From contig JAJTCO010000008.1 of NCBI GenBank assembly GCA_021323265.1, forward strand, positions 4,357-68,356: a stretch of DNA of 64,000 bases. The letters run 5' to 3'. This DNA comes from Pseudoduganella sp. (GTDB taxonomy: Bacteria > Pseudomonadota > Gammaproteobacteria > Burkholderiales > Burkholderiaceae_D). The position numbers and the translations under genes are program-made. Below, piece after piece: positions 28,902 through 37,904 of this stretch (positions are counted from its first letter, which is position 1; the number at the start of each line of letters is the position of its first letter). Below the pieces are notes generated by a model. It was not told the origin of the DNA and did not search any database. It was given only the letters and a program-made list of their open reading frames with translations.

Positions 28902-30299
28902 TTATTTATTGCCATCCGGCCTAGTCATGTCCAGCGGCACAATCCACGCATCGAACTGGCTTTCGTCCACAAAACCCAGGGCCAGGGCCGCTTCTTTCAA
29001 TGTAGTACCTTCGTGCTGCGCCTTCTTCGCAATTTGCGCGGCGCGATCATAACCGATATGCGGGGCCAGTGCGGTGACCAGCATCAGCGACCGCGCCATC
29101 AGCTCGGCGATGCGGTCATGGTTGGGCTCGATGCCGTGGGCGCAATGTTCATCGAAACTGCGCATGCCGTCGGCCAGCAGGCGCGCGCTCTGCAGGAAAT
29201 TATGCGCAATCATGGGCTTGAACACGTTCAGCTCGAAGTTGCCGGACGCGCCGCCCACGGTGATCGCCACGTCGTTGCCGAACACCTGGCAGCACAGCAT
29301 GGTCAGCGCCTCGCTCTGGGTCGGATTGACCTTGCCAGGCATGATCGAACTGCCCGGTTCGTTCTCGGGAATGCTGATTTCGCCCAGCCCGGAGCGCGGC
29401 CCGGAAGCCATCCAGCGCACGTCGTTGGCCAGCTTCATGAGCGCGGTGGCCAGTGTTTTCAGCGCGCCATGCGCGGACACCAGGGCATCGTGGCCGGCCA
29501 GCGCCGCGAACTTGTTGTCCGCCGTACGGAAGGGCAGGTGCAGGCGCGCCGCCAGCTCGGCGGCGATACGGGTGGCGTACTCGGGGTGCGAGTTCAGCCC
29601 CGTGCCCACGGCGGTGCCGCCGGCCGCCAGTTCCAGCACGGCGGGCAGGGTGGCCGCGATGGCTTTTTCGGCATAGTCGAGCTGGGCGACATAACCGGAG
29701 AACTCCTGGCCAAGGGTGAGCGGCGTCGCGTCCTGCAGGTGGGTGCGGCCGATCTTCACGATGGCGTCGAAGGCTTGCGCCTTCGCCTGCAGCGTGGCGC
29801 GCAGCTGGCGCAAGGCAGGCAGGACATTGTTGGCCACCGCTTGCGCCGCCGCCACGTGCATCGCCGTCGGGAAGATGTCGTTGGAAGACTGGCCCTTGTT
29901 GACGTCGTCGTTCGGGTGCAGCTTGCGGCCGTCGCCGCGCTCGCCGCCCAGCAGCTCGGAGGCGCGGTTGGCCAGCACTTCGTTCATGTTCATGTTCGTC
30001 TGGGTGCCGGAACCGGTTTGCCAGACCGCCAGCGGGAATTCGCCGGCATGCTTGCCCTCCAGGACTTCATCGGCCGCCTGCATGATGGCCTGCGCCTTGG
30101 CGCTGTCGAGTACACCGAGGTCCACGTTGACCTGGGCGGCGGCACGCTTCACGCTGGCAAGCGCGGCAATCAGTTCCGGTGCCATGCGTTCGCTCGAAAT
30201 GCGGAAGTGTTCCAGCGAGCGCTGTGTCTGCGCGCCCCACAACTGGCTGGCGGGAACTTCGATCGGGCCGAAACTGTCGCGCTCGGTTCTGCTGTCCAT
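28902..30299 (-). CDS. fumC: Class II fumarate hydratase
   Basis: 'RTERDSFG','[12 protein letters not shown]','[12 protein letters not shown]','[13 protein letters not shown]'. Confidence 0.97.
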   Translation of the reverse strand: MDSRTERDSFGPIEVPASQLWGAQTQRSLEHFRISSERMAPELIAALASVKRAAAQVNVDLGVLDSAKAQAIMQAADEVLEGKHAGEFPLAVWQTGSGTQTNMNMNEVLANRASELLGGERGDGRKLHPNDDVNKGQSSNDIFPTAMHVAAAQAVANNVLPALRQLRATLQAKAQAFDAIVKIGRTHLQDATPLTLGQEFSGYVAQLDYAEKAIAATLPAVLELAAGGTAVGTGLNSHPEYATRIAAELAARLHLPFRTADNKFAALAGHDALVSAHGALKTLATALMKLANDVRWMASGPRSGLGEISIPENEPGSSIMPGKVNPTQSEALTMLCCQVFGNDVAITVGGASGNFELNVFKPMIAHNFLQSARLLADGMRSFDEHCAHGIEPNHDRIAELMARSLMLVTALAPHIGYDRAAQIAKKAQHEGTTLKEAALALGFVDESQFDAWIVPLDMTRPDGNK

Positions 30300-30422
30300 G
30301 AAAGCTCCAAGGTGGAAAGTGATGTCACGATTCTAACGCCAACCGCACTTGCTCTGCCGGGACCTTCAAGAATGGGATTTTTCGCCGTTAACGAATACAT
30401 TACGGAAATAGAACTGTTCTCC

Positions 30423-31556
30423 ATGCTAAGCAAACGACTGCCCCTCGGCGCCCTGGCGCTGCCGTTGCTGGCCGCCCTCTGGTGCGGCCCGCTGCGCGCT
30501 GCCGAGCTGGGGGAGGTGAAGGTCAACTCGCACATCGGCCAGCAACTGTCGGCCGATATCGAGCTGGTCGACCTGACGGCGGCCGACCTGGCGGAAATCC
30601 AGGCCCGCCTGGCCCATCCCGACGTCTTCAAGGGCGCCGGCCTGAGCCTGCCGCCTGTGCTGAGCGGCCTCTACATTTCGGTGGCCAAGCGCGACAACCG
30701 CCGCTTCCTGCACCTGACCACGCTTCAGCCTGTCAATAGCGAGGCGCTGCACCTGTTCCTCGAACTCGGCAGTGGCGGCCGCCAGATCATCCGCGCCGCC
30801 ACCTTGTGGCTGACGCCCGAACCGCCGCCGCAACGGGTTGCGCGACCAGCGAGCACCCCCGCCACAGCGCCGATGCCGGCCCTGGCGCCCGTTCCGGCTC
30901 CAGCCCCTGTCGCCGCGCCGCCTGTGGCCAAGTCCGCGCCGGCCGCATCGGGCGAGGCGGGCCTGAGCCTGGCGGCCGAACGCGCCTTCGCCGCGCGCAA
31001 GCAGGCCGCCGCGTCGTCGCCGCCCGCCGAAGTTGCCAAGGCTGCGCCGGCAGCCAAACCTGCCGCGCCCAAGCCACCCCCGGCGCCAGTCCGCGCCAAG
31101 GCGCCGCCCCCGGCGCAGCAAGCACCCGCTCCGGAGACGGCACCGGCCTGCGTACCTGCCCAGGTTGAAGCGCAGATTCAGCAATGCCAGGCGATGACCG
31201 GCAAGCTCGTTGATCTCGAGGGGAAGGTGCAGCGCTTGCAGCAAGCCTTTGCCGCGCCAGCGCCAGTTCTGGCCGTGCCTGCGGCAGCGGCTGCCAAGCC
31301 CGCGCCTGCAGTCGCCAAGCCCGGCGCCAAGCCGGGCAAGCCTGGCGTAACGGCGGAGCTGGAAGCAAAATCGCGCACGCGCATGGTCATGCTGGCAGCG
31401 GGAGCGCTGGCAGGCCTGGCCGCGCTCGGCGGCGCCATCTACTTCCTGCGCAAACGCAAGGGTCGGGGCCCGCTGCAGATCTGGCAATCGTTCCGCAAGA
31501 AGGACGCAACGGTGGTGGCGGAGCCTACGATGGAAGAAGCCACTGCCCAGGGGTAA
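30423..31556 (+). CDS. FimV N-terminal-domain protein with Pro/Ala linker, coiled coil and C-terminal TM
   Basis: Signal peptide, 'AELGEVKVNSHIGQQLSADIEL', and TM 'MVMLAAGALAGLAALGGAIYFL-RKRK'. Real start is ATG 30423. Confidence 0.75.
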   Translation: MLSKRLPLGALALPLLAALWCGPLRAAELGEVKVNSHIGQQLSADIELVDLTAADLAEIQARLAHPDVFKGAGLSLPPVLSGLYISVAKRDNRRFLHLTTLQPVNSEALHLFLELGSGGRQIIRAATLWLTPEPPPQRVARPASTPATAPMPALAPVPAPAPVAAPPVAKSAPAASGEAGLSLAAERAFAARKQAAASSPPAEVAKAAPAAKPAAPKPPPAPVRAKAPPPAQQAPAPETAPACVPAQVEAQIQQCQAMTGKLVDLEGKVQRLQQAFAAPAPVLAVPAAAAAKPAPAVAKPGAKPGKPGVTAELEAKSRTRMVMLAAGALAGLAALGGAIYFLRKRKGRGPLQIWQSFRKKDATVVAEPTMEEATAQG

Positions 31557-31576
31557 TTGCACTTGCTTTTGCGGAC

Positions 31577-31606
31577 TGGACAAATTTTTTTGAACTACGT
31601 TATACT
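31577..31606 (+). promoter_or_regulatory. Sigma-70-like promoter
   Basis: TGGACA-N18-TATACT, with no credible + strand CDS downstream. Confidence 0.55.
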
Positions 31607-31612
31607 GGGTGT

Positions 31613-31818
31613 ACACAGGCGAGGTTCTGCCGCAGTCACCACCGATAGCGTGACGCGATAAGCAGAGCGACGTTGAAGAAACGACCCCGCCTGGAAGCTG
31701 TTCATAGCCGACTGAGGCGATATGAACGCCGGGTGCAACCGGCGCTGAGGCGACGCCAGGAGATACCTGGTGCTCGCCCCTCCCGAATTCCCAAGGCGCC
31801 CCAAGCGGGCGCCTTTTT
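31613..31818 (+). ncRNA. Candidate structured non-coding RNA (~200 nt), family not recognised
   Basis: Promoter upstream, multiple nested stems, and an intrinsic terminator AAGGCGCC/GGCGCCTTTTT at 31793-31818. Confidence 0.5.
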
Positions 31819-31838
31819 CATGGGCGCGCCGCAACGGC

Positions 31839-31866
31839 AAAAAAGAAAAGCGCCCGCAGGCGCTTT
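31839..31866 (-). terminator. Rho-independent terminator of fliT
   Basis: A-rich run then AAAGCGCC-CGCA-GGCGCTTT. Confidence 0.65.
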
Positions 31867-31886
31867 CATATCGGTGGGAGCGGCGT

Positions 31887-32153
31887 TTAGCCGTTCAGGC
31901 GGTTGTGCCAGGGTTCGGTCACTTCGCGAATGGCGCGGTCGTTGGCCAGGATCTGCTTCAGCAGGTCGATCTTGCGCTGGCGGGCATCGCCTTGCACCGG
32001 CGCCGCACCGCCCATCAGGGCGACCGAAGCGGCGGCGCACTGGTTTTCCATGCGGTCGAGCGAATCCCAGTCGCTGGCTTGCGCAGCCATCACCATCTGG
32101 GTGGTCAGGCCGGCAATATTTTCGTAGGTGGCGAGGACTTCGGTGGCAGTCAT
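31887..32153 (-). CDS. fliT: Flagellar protein FliT (orphan copy)
   Basis: 'YENIAGLTTQMVMAAQASDWDSL...RKIDLLKQILANDRAIREVTEPW'; sigma-28-like promoter upstream. Confidence 0.82.
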   Translation of the reverse strand: MTATEVLATYENIAGLTTQMVMAAQASDWDSLDRMENQCAAASVALMGGAAPVQGDARQRKIDLLKQILANDRAIREVTEPWHNRLNG

Positions 32154-32196
32154 GTTTGAGCCTTGGATTCTGGGCGCGGAGTACCGCATGTCAGGA

Positions 32197-32223
32197 TTTA
32201 CGTCAGGCTCGGCGGAAACTTTA
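32197..32223 (-). promoter_or_regulatory. Putative sigma-28 (FliA) promoter of fliT
   Basis: Minus strand reads TAAAGTTT-N11-GACGTAAA. Confidence 0.6.
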
Positions 32224-32264
32224 GGGTTTTTTGAAAATAATTTGAAAAATATTTAGAGCTTGCC

Positions 32265-32307
32265 AAAAAAGAAAGCCGTTACACCCCCATCCCAAGGGTG
32301 CAACGGC
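32265..32307 (-). terminator. Rho-independent terminator of the HDOD gene
   Basis: GCCGTTACACCC/GGGTGCAACGGC stem with an A-run on the + strand. Confidence 0.65.
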
Positions 32308-32327
32308 CAGGAGCCAAGCGGTGCGTC

Positions 32328-33143
32328 TTACTTGATCAGTTCTTCCAGGCCGGCGCTCAGTTCGTCCAGCGAGGGCATCTGGTCGATCAGGGCATTGTCG
32401 TCCAGGCCCAGGCTGTCGGCCACCTCGGTCGGGTAGCAGGCGGCGATTTCTTCCGGGGTCAGCTTGTTCTCGTCGACGCGGGCGCGCCAGGCGGCCAGGT
32501 GGATCACGGCGGCCAGCATGTTGTCGCCCGGGTTGGGGAAGGCGGCAATGGTTTCGGAGAAGGCCGGCGGGAACTTCCAGCGGCGGGCCAGTTCGGCGCC
32601 GACATCGGCGAAGTTATAACCCAGCGAGGACATCTCGGCGTCCAGGCGGCGCGCATCGAGCGGCCCGGCGACCTTGTCCAGCGTCATGGCCTGTTCCGGC
32701 ATGGCGGCATGGATCACCAACTGGCCGATGGCGTGCATCATGCCGATGGTGAAGGCCAGGTCGGTGTTCTGCTTGCAAGCCTTGGCGATGAACTTGGCGC
32801 CCACGGCGGTGCGCAGGCTGTAGCGCCAGAACTGGCGCAGATCCAGGCCGGGCACGGTCTTGAACCCGCTCACCAGGCCGGAGCTGATCACCAGCGTACG
32901 CACGGTGACAAAGCCCAGCATCAGCACGGCGTCTTCCACGGTGCCGATGGAGCGCGAGACATGGTAATAGGCGGAATTGGCCAGGCGCAGCAGCTTGGCG
33001 CTCAGCACGGGATCGGCCGAGAGTTTCTTGGCAATGTCCTCGGTGGAAACGCTGGCCTTGTCGAAGCTGCTGATCAATTCGTCAACAACCTTCGGGGCGG
33101 TTGGCAACGCTGTTGGATTCTGGAACAGGGCTTCGAGCTTCAT
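32328..33143 (-). CDS. HDOD domain protein
   Basis: 'LPTAPKVV','DPVLSAKLLRLANSAYY','AFTIGMMHAIG','GAELARRWKFP'. Confidence 0.9.
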   Translation of the reverse strand: MKLEALFQNPTALPTAPKVVDELISSFDKASVSTEDIAKKLSADPVLSAKLLRLANSAYYHVSRSIGTVEDAVLMLGFVTVRTLVISSGLVSGFKTVPGLDLRQFWRYSLRTAVGAKFIAKACKQNTDLAFTIGMMHAIGQLVIHAAMPEQAMTLDKVAGPLDARRLDAEMSSLGYNFADVGAELARRWKFPPAFSETIAAFPNPGDNMLAAVIHLAAWRARVDENKLTPEEIAACYPTEVADSLGLDDNALIDQMPSLDELSAGLEELIK

Positions 33144-33376
33144 GGAAAGTCTCCTCATTGATATGCGTTGCTGTAAGTGAACTATATAGCGATTTCAGAG
33201 GGGATTGCAGCAAGTTTTTAACATTCGTTGGCATTGCCGCACAGCATTCCTTTATTTCTGCAACTGATCCCGAAAATTTGCAGTCTGTCGCACAAGCCCG
33301 GCGCCGCCGCCCCGTTCTCGCTAGAGTGCAGTCTGGCTCATTCCGCCAACATAATGACTAGATAGGGATACAACAA

Positions 33377-35428
33377 ATGCAAGCAACCACACGCGTAACG
33401 CCCCTGAAGCTGGCTCTTACCCTGGCTTTCTGCGGCGCCACCCTGGGCTTGGCTCCGGCGATTGCCCAACAGGCAGCGCCGGCGCAAGCGGCGCCGGCGG
33501 CAGCGGCCACCCCGCTGCCGGGCGACGATTTCTTTGGCTACGTGAACGCCGACTGGCTGGCCAAGACGCAGATTCCGGCCGACAAGGGCAGCTGGGGCGC
33601 CGGGTCGGCGCTGGGCGACGACACCAACGCCCGCATCGTCAAGCTGATCGAGGAAGCCGGCGCCGCCAATCCAACCGGCGATACGCGCCGCGTGACCGAT
33701 TTCTACCGCGCCTTCATGGACGAAGCGGCGATCGAAGCCGCCGGCACCGCCTCGCTGACGCCGGAACTGAAGAAGATCGACGCGATCCGCGACAAGGGCG
33801 GCCTGGTGAAAGCCCTGGGCGCCAGCCTGCGCGCCGACGTGGACCCGCTGAACGCCACCAATTTCTACACCGAGAACATTTTCGGCCTGTGGTTTGCGCA
33901 GGGCCTGACCGACCCGCACACCTATCTTCCCTACATCCTGCAGGGCGGCCTGGGCATGCCCGACCGCGCCTTCTACCTGGACGACACGCCGCGCATGAGC
34001 CAGTTGCGCACCGCCTACCAGGCCCACGTCGCCGCCATGCTGAAGCTGGCCGGCTATACCGAGCCGGAAACCCGCGCCGCGCGCGTATTCGAGCTGGAAA
34101 AGAAGATCGCCCAGTCGCACGCCTCGCGCGAGGACTCGGCCAATATCCAGAAGGCCAACAACCTGTGGACCATGAAGGACTTCAGCGCCAAGGCGCCCGG
34201 CATGGACTGGAAGGCCTTCTTCCGCGCAGCAGGCCTGGGCAAGCAGGGCAAGTTCATGGTCTACCATCCGACCGCCATCGCCGGCGCCGCGGCCCTGGTC
34301 AACGAGATGCCGCTGCAGGCGTGGAAGGACTTCCTGGCCTTCCATACCGTGAACCATTTCGGCAGTGCTCTGCCCAAGGCTTTCGTCGATCAGCGTTTCG
34401 AGTTCTACGGCCGCACCATGAACGGCACGCCGCAGCTGTCCCCGCGCTGGAAGCGCGGCCTGAGCGCGGTCAATAACGCCGTGCCCGATGCCGCCGGCAA
34501 GATGTACGTGGAGCGCTATTTCCCGGCGCAAGCCAAGGCGCGCCTGCAAACCATGGTGAGCAATATCGTCGCCGCCTTCCACCAGCGCGTGGACAAGCTG
34601 GACTGGATGGCGCCGTCGACCAAGAAGGAAGCCCAGGAAAAGCTGCGCACCCTGTACGTGGGCGTGGGCTATCCGGACAAATGGACTTCCTACGAAGGCT
34701 TGGAGATCAAGCCGAACGACGCCATGGGCAATATGCTGCGCGCGGAGAAGTTCCACTACCGCCAGCAGCTGTCCAAGCTGGGCAAGAAGGTCGACGCCAC
34801 CGAGTGGTGCATGCCGCCGCACGTGGTCAACGCCGTCAACATGCCGATGCAAAATGCGCTGAACTTCCCGGCCGCGATCCTGCAACCGCCGTTCTTCGAC
34901 ATGCAGGCGTCCGACGCGCATAACTACGGCGCCATCGGTTCCGTGATCGGCCACGAGATCAGCCACAGCTTCGACGACATGGGCGCCCAGTTCGACTCCA
35001 AGGGCCGCCTGCGCGACTGGTGGACCAAGGAAGACGGCGAGCACTTCAAGAAGAGCGCGGCGGCACTGGTGGCGCAGTACGACGCCTACCAGGCCTTCCC
35101 CGACCTGAAACTGAACGGCACGCTGACCCTGAGCGAAAACCTGGCCGACCTGGCCGGCCTGGCGGCGGCGCTGGACGCCTACAACGCCTCCGTCGGCGGC
35201 AAGGCCACGCCCGAGCAGGAGCGCACCTTCTTTGCCGGCTTCGCCTCCAGCTGGGCCAGCAAGGCGCGCGACGCGGCGCTGCGCAACCAGATCGCCACCG
35301 ACGGCCACGCGCCGGCCAAATGGCGCACCTACACCGTGCGCAACCTGGACGACTGGTACAAGGCCTACGACGTGAAGCCGGGCCAGAAGCTGTACCTGGC
35401 GCCGGAACAACGGGTGCGCGTCTGGTAA
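33377..35428 (+). CDS. M13 family (neprilysin/PepO-like) metalloendopeptidase
   Basis: Signal peptide; 'PGDDFFGYVN','VNAVN','IGHEISHSFD','ENLADLAG','DGHAP'. Confidence 0.93.
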   Translation: MQATTRVTPLKLALTLAFCGATLGLAPAIAQQAAPAQAAPAAAATPLPGDDFFGYVNADWLAKTQIPADKGSWGAGSALGDDTNARIVKLIEEAGAANPTGDTRRVTDFYRAFMDEAAIEAAGTASLTPELKKIDAIRDKGGLVKALGASLRADVDPLNATNFYTENIFGLWFAQGLTDPHTYLPYILQGGLGMPDRAFYLDDTPRMSQLRTAYQAHVAAMLKLAGYTEPETRAARVFELEKKIAQSHASREDSANIQKANNLWTMKDFSAKAPGMDWKAFFRAAGLGKQGKFMVYHPTAIAGAAALVNEMPLQAWKDFLAFHTVNHFGSALPKAFVDQRFEFYGRTMNGTPQLSPRWKRGLSAVNNAVPDAAGKMYVERYFPAQAKARLQTMVSNIVAAFHQRVDKLDWMAPSTKKEAQEKLRTLYVGVGYPDKWTSYEGLEIKPNDAMGNMLRAEKFHYRQQLSKLGKKVDATEWCMPPHVVNAVNMPMQNALNFPAAILQPPFFDMQASDAHNYGAIGSVIGHEISHSFDDMGAQFDSKGRLRDWWTKEDGEHFKKSAAALVAQYDAYQAFPDLKLNGTLTLSENLADLAGLAAALDAYNASVGGKATPEQERTFFAGFASSWASKARDAALRNQIATDGHAPAKWRTYTVRNLDDWYKAYDVKPGQKLYLAPEQRVRVW

Positions 35429-35437
35429 AGTAGGGGA

Positions 35438-36061
35438 ATGGACGACATCGAGCAGATCACCCGCCGCACGCTGGAGCATTACGAACGCAACGCGCAAGCC
35501 TTCCTGGAAGGCACGCGCAACCACGACGTCAGCCAGAACGTGGCGGCACTGCTCGGTGCCATCGAGGGAACGCCACCGTTCCGCATCCTCGACCTCGGTT
35601 GCGGCCCCGGCCGCGACCTGCGCACCTTCCAGGCCCTCGGCCATGAGCCGGTCGGTGTCGACGGCTCGGCCCGCTTTGCGGAGATGGCGCGGCGCTGGAG
35701 CGGCTGCACGGTGTGGCAGCAGGACTTCGTCGCGCTCGACCTGCCACGCGCCAGCTTCGACGGCGTGTTCGCCAATGCCTCCCTGTTCCATGTGCCCAGC
35801 GCCGCCTTGCCCGATGTGCTGGCGCGCCTGCACGCGGCGTTGAAGCCGCGCGGCGTGCTCTTCAGCTCCAACCCGCGCGGGCAGAACGAAGAGGGCTGGA
35901 ACGGTGCGCGCTACGGTTGCTACTACGATTTCGAAACCTGGTCCGCGGTGGTGACGGCCGCTGGCTTCGATGCCATCTCGCACTATTACCGTCCGGAAGG
36001 GTTGCCGCGCGCGCAGCAGCCATGGCTGGCTTCAGTCTGGCGTAAGAGGGAGTTGTGTTAG
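35438..36061 (+). CDS. Class I SAM-dependent methyltransferase
   Basis: 'ILDLGCGPGRD','FDGVFANASLFH','LKPRG'. Confidence 0.9.
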   Translation: MDDIEQITRRTLEHYERNAQAFLEGTRNHDVSQNVAALLGAIEGTPPFRILDLGCGPGRDLRTFQALGHEPVGVDGSARFAEMARRWSGCTVWQQDFVALDLPRASFDGVFANASLFHVPSAALPDVLARLHAALKPRGVLFSSNPRGQNEEGWNGARYGCYYDFETWSAVVTAAGFDAISHYYRPEGLPRAQQPWLASVWRKRELC

Positions 36062-36131
36062 CTTGCGTACAGTGACCGGAAATTCCTGTCCGTATGATTT
36101 GCTCGTCGCGAACTTTTTAGAGGAGCGAATC

Positions 36132-36338
36132 ATGAACAAGGACCAAGTCAAGGGTAAAGCGAAGGAAATCGGCGGCAAGATCCAGGAAGAGGCAGGGGAT
36201 CTGGTCGGCAGCTCGAAGCAGCAGGTGAAGGGCGTGGCCAAACAGGTGGAAGGCAAGCTGCAAAAGCAGCGTGGCGACCTGCGTGAAGCCGTCGACGACG
36301 CCACCGATGAACTGATCGACCGCGGTAACCGCCAGTAA
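36132..36338 (+). CDS. CsbD family stress protein
   Basis: 'MNKDQVKGKAKEIGGKIQEEAG...QVEGKLQK'; GAGGAG RBS. Confidence 0.9.
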   Translation: MNKDQVKGKAKEIGGKIQEEAGDLVGSSKQQVKGVAKQVEGKLQKQRGDLREAVDDATDELIDRGNRQ

Positions 36339-36350
36339 GCTACTGCGCAC

Positions 36351-36382
36351 AGGCCGCGGGCACGTGTTGCCCGCGGCCTTTT
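36351..36382. terminator. Terminator hairpin between the convergent csbD and GST genes
   Basis: AGGCCGCGGGCA-CGTGT-TGCCCGCGGCCT-TTT. Confidence 0.7.
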
Positions 36383-36398
36383 CCATTTCCCTCGCCGC

Positions 36399-37061
36399 TT
36401 ACGCTTCGCCCTGCGGCACGCCCAGCGGGAACATGTGGCGATAGGGCCTGGCTTCCTCCCAGCAGCGGGCAAACGATGGGCGCGCACGCAGGCGGTTCAG
36501 GTAGGCCAGCACGTGCCGGTGCCGGGCGGCGACCGGATGCGACCAGTGCGCGTACAGCAAGAACGGTGCGGCCGCGCAGTCGGCCATGCTGAATTCCTCT
36601 CCGGCAGCCCAGGTGCGGCTTGCCATCACCCCGTCCAGCCACGCATACGCGGTGTCCAGTTTTTGCCGTGCTTCGGCCACGCCATGCGGGTCGCGCCGGT
36701 CTTCCGGGCGCAGCACGTCGGCCACCAGCTTTTGCTGCGGCGTGGCGACGTGGTTGTCGAAGAAGCGGTCCATCATGCGCACTTCCAGCGCGGCCTTGGG
36801 ATCGGCCGGCAGCAGCCGCACGGGCCCCGGATGGTGCAGCGCCAGGTACTCGATGACGATGCTGGCCTCGGCCACCATGCGCTCGCCGTCCAGCAGGATG
36901 GGGAATTTCTGGATCGGCCACAATTCCGCAAACTGCCTGCAATTCTCGGCATGGTCCGGCGACAGTATGCGGTACTCGAATGGTGTCCCGTTCTCGTACA
37001 GCGCGACCAGTGCTTTCATGGAGTAGGAGGACAGCGGGTGGTAGAACAATTGCAGGGACAT
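36399..37061 (-). CDS. Glutathione S-transferase family protein
   Basis: 'LFYHPLSSYSMKALVALYE','KFPIL','EASIVIEYL','FSMADCAAAP','RLRARPSF'. Confidence 0.9.
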   Translation of the reverse strand: MSLQLFYHPLSSYSMKALVALYENGTPFEYRILSPDHAENCRQFAELWPIQKFPILLDGERMVAEASIVIEYLALHHPGPVRLLPADPKAALEVRMMDRFFDNHVATPQQKLVADVLRPEDRRDPHGVAEARQKLDTAYAWLDGVMASRTWAAGEEFSMADCAAAPFLLYAHWSHPVAARHRHVLAYLNRLRARPSFARCWEEARPYRHMFPLGVPQGEA

Positions 37062-37218
37062 GGTGGCTCCTTGGGTTGAACGTGAATGGTATCAGGACGA
37101 CGTTTAACGCCACGCCGGATCGACATGACCACCGGATTTTTTGCGGTATATCAACACCGCGCGCCGCATCTTCGCGGACTATCTGTCTCTCGTCGTGCAG
37201 TGAATCGAGTCCCAGGCA

Positions 37219-37644
37219 ATGGTGACAATTCGGGAACTGGAGCAGCAGGAACTCGTTGCGGCTTACGCGGTGATGCGGGAGCTGCGGCAGCATCTCGGCC
37301 TGCAGCAGTTCCAGGATTGCGTCGCAAGGCAACGGCGCAGCGGCTACCGGCTGCTGGGCGGGTTCGATGCCAAGGGCAAGTTGCTGGCCGTGCTGGGCAT
37401 GCGGCCGGTCTCCACCCTGGCCAGGGGCGACCACCTGCACATCGACGATCTTGTCGTCACCGAACGCAAACGTTGCAAAGGTATCGGCAAGGCCATGCTG
37501 CGGCATGCGGAATGCTGGGCGCAGGAACAGGGACTCGTTGCGGTCTTTCTCGATAGCCGCCAAGACGCTGTGCGCTTCTATTCCGCGCTGGGCTACCAGC
37601 CGCATGCCGCAGTGCTGATGCGAAAGCGAATCGACGTTAGTTAA
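37219..37644 (+). CDS. GNAT family N-acetyltransferase
   Basis: 'LHIDDLVV', acetyl-CoA motif 'RCKGIGKAML', 'AVRFYSALGY'. Confidence 0.85.
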   Translation: MVTIRELEQQELVAAYAVMRELRQHLGLQQFQDCVARQRRSGYRLLGGFDAKGKLLAVLGMRPVSTLARGDHLHIDDLVVTERKRCKGIGKAMLRHAECWAQEQGLVAVFLDSRQDAVRFYSALGYQPHAAVLMRKRIDVS

Positions 37645-37666
37645 ACCCACCACAAGGAGCGTTAAC

Positions 37667-37897
37667 ATGAGCGATACCAAAAGCAAGCAGCCTATCCAGT
37701 TCGACCTGTCGCCGGAGCATGCCGAGGCGCTGAGCAAGCTGGCGGGCGACCGCCAGGTCCGTCTGAGCGGCAGCGTAAAGAATGGGAAAATGCTGGTGAA
37801 CTTCATCGCCTGCAATGCGCCTTTCGTGGCTTGCAATGCCCCGTTCACCGCCTGCAACGCCGCCTTCACCGCTTGCAACGCACCGTTCCGCAAGTGA
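37667..37897 (+). CDS. Putative RiPP precursor peptide: 45-aa leader plus four heptapeptide FxACNA(P/A) cores
   Basis: Strong AAGGAG RBS. C-terminus FIACNAP-FVACNAP-FTACNAA-FTACNAP-FRK. Sits among modifying-enzyme genes. Confidence 0.8.
   Translation: MSDTKSKQPIQFDLSPEHAEALSKLAGDRQVRLSGSVKNGKMLVNFIACNAPFVACNAPFTACNAAFTACNAPFRK
37802..37885 (+). repeat. 4 x 21-bp coding tandem repeat (FxACNAP/A)
   Basis: ttc atc gcc tgc aat gcg cct / ttc gtg gct tgc aat gcc ccg / ttc acc gcc tgc aac gcc gcc / ttc acc gct tgc aac gca ccg. Differences are mostly synonymous. Confidence 0.9.
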
Positions 37898-37904
37898 GCG
37901 ACGC

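Noticed and set aside
28881-30422. N-terminal ~510 aa of the 891-aa ORF 28881..31556
   Set aside because: It is antisense to fumC. The real FimV-like protein starts at ATG 30423 with a signal peptide.
31727-31748. CGCCGGGTGCAACCGGCGCTG resembles part of a cobalamin riboswitch
   Set aside because: The flanking conserved elements (GGGAA, B12 box) are absent and there is no downstream co-directional gene.
31673-32224. 183-aa + strand ORF across the candidate ncRNA
   Set aside because: It has a TTG start, runs through two terminators and antisense to fliT, and has an Arg/Pro-rich shadow composition.
37802-37885. 21-bp tandem repeat considered as a CRISPR array or VNTR
   Set aside because: There are no spacers and no cas genes, and variation is concentrated at synonymous codon positions. 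It is a coding peptide repeat.
26701-37897. Idea that the MNIO at 26.7 kb modifies the FxACNAP peptide
   Set aside because: The MNIO has its own cognate DUF2282 precursor and is separated by ~9 kb of unrelated genes. There is no sequence evidence for cross-talk.
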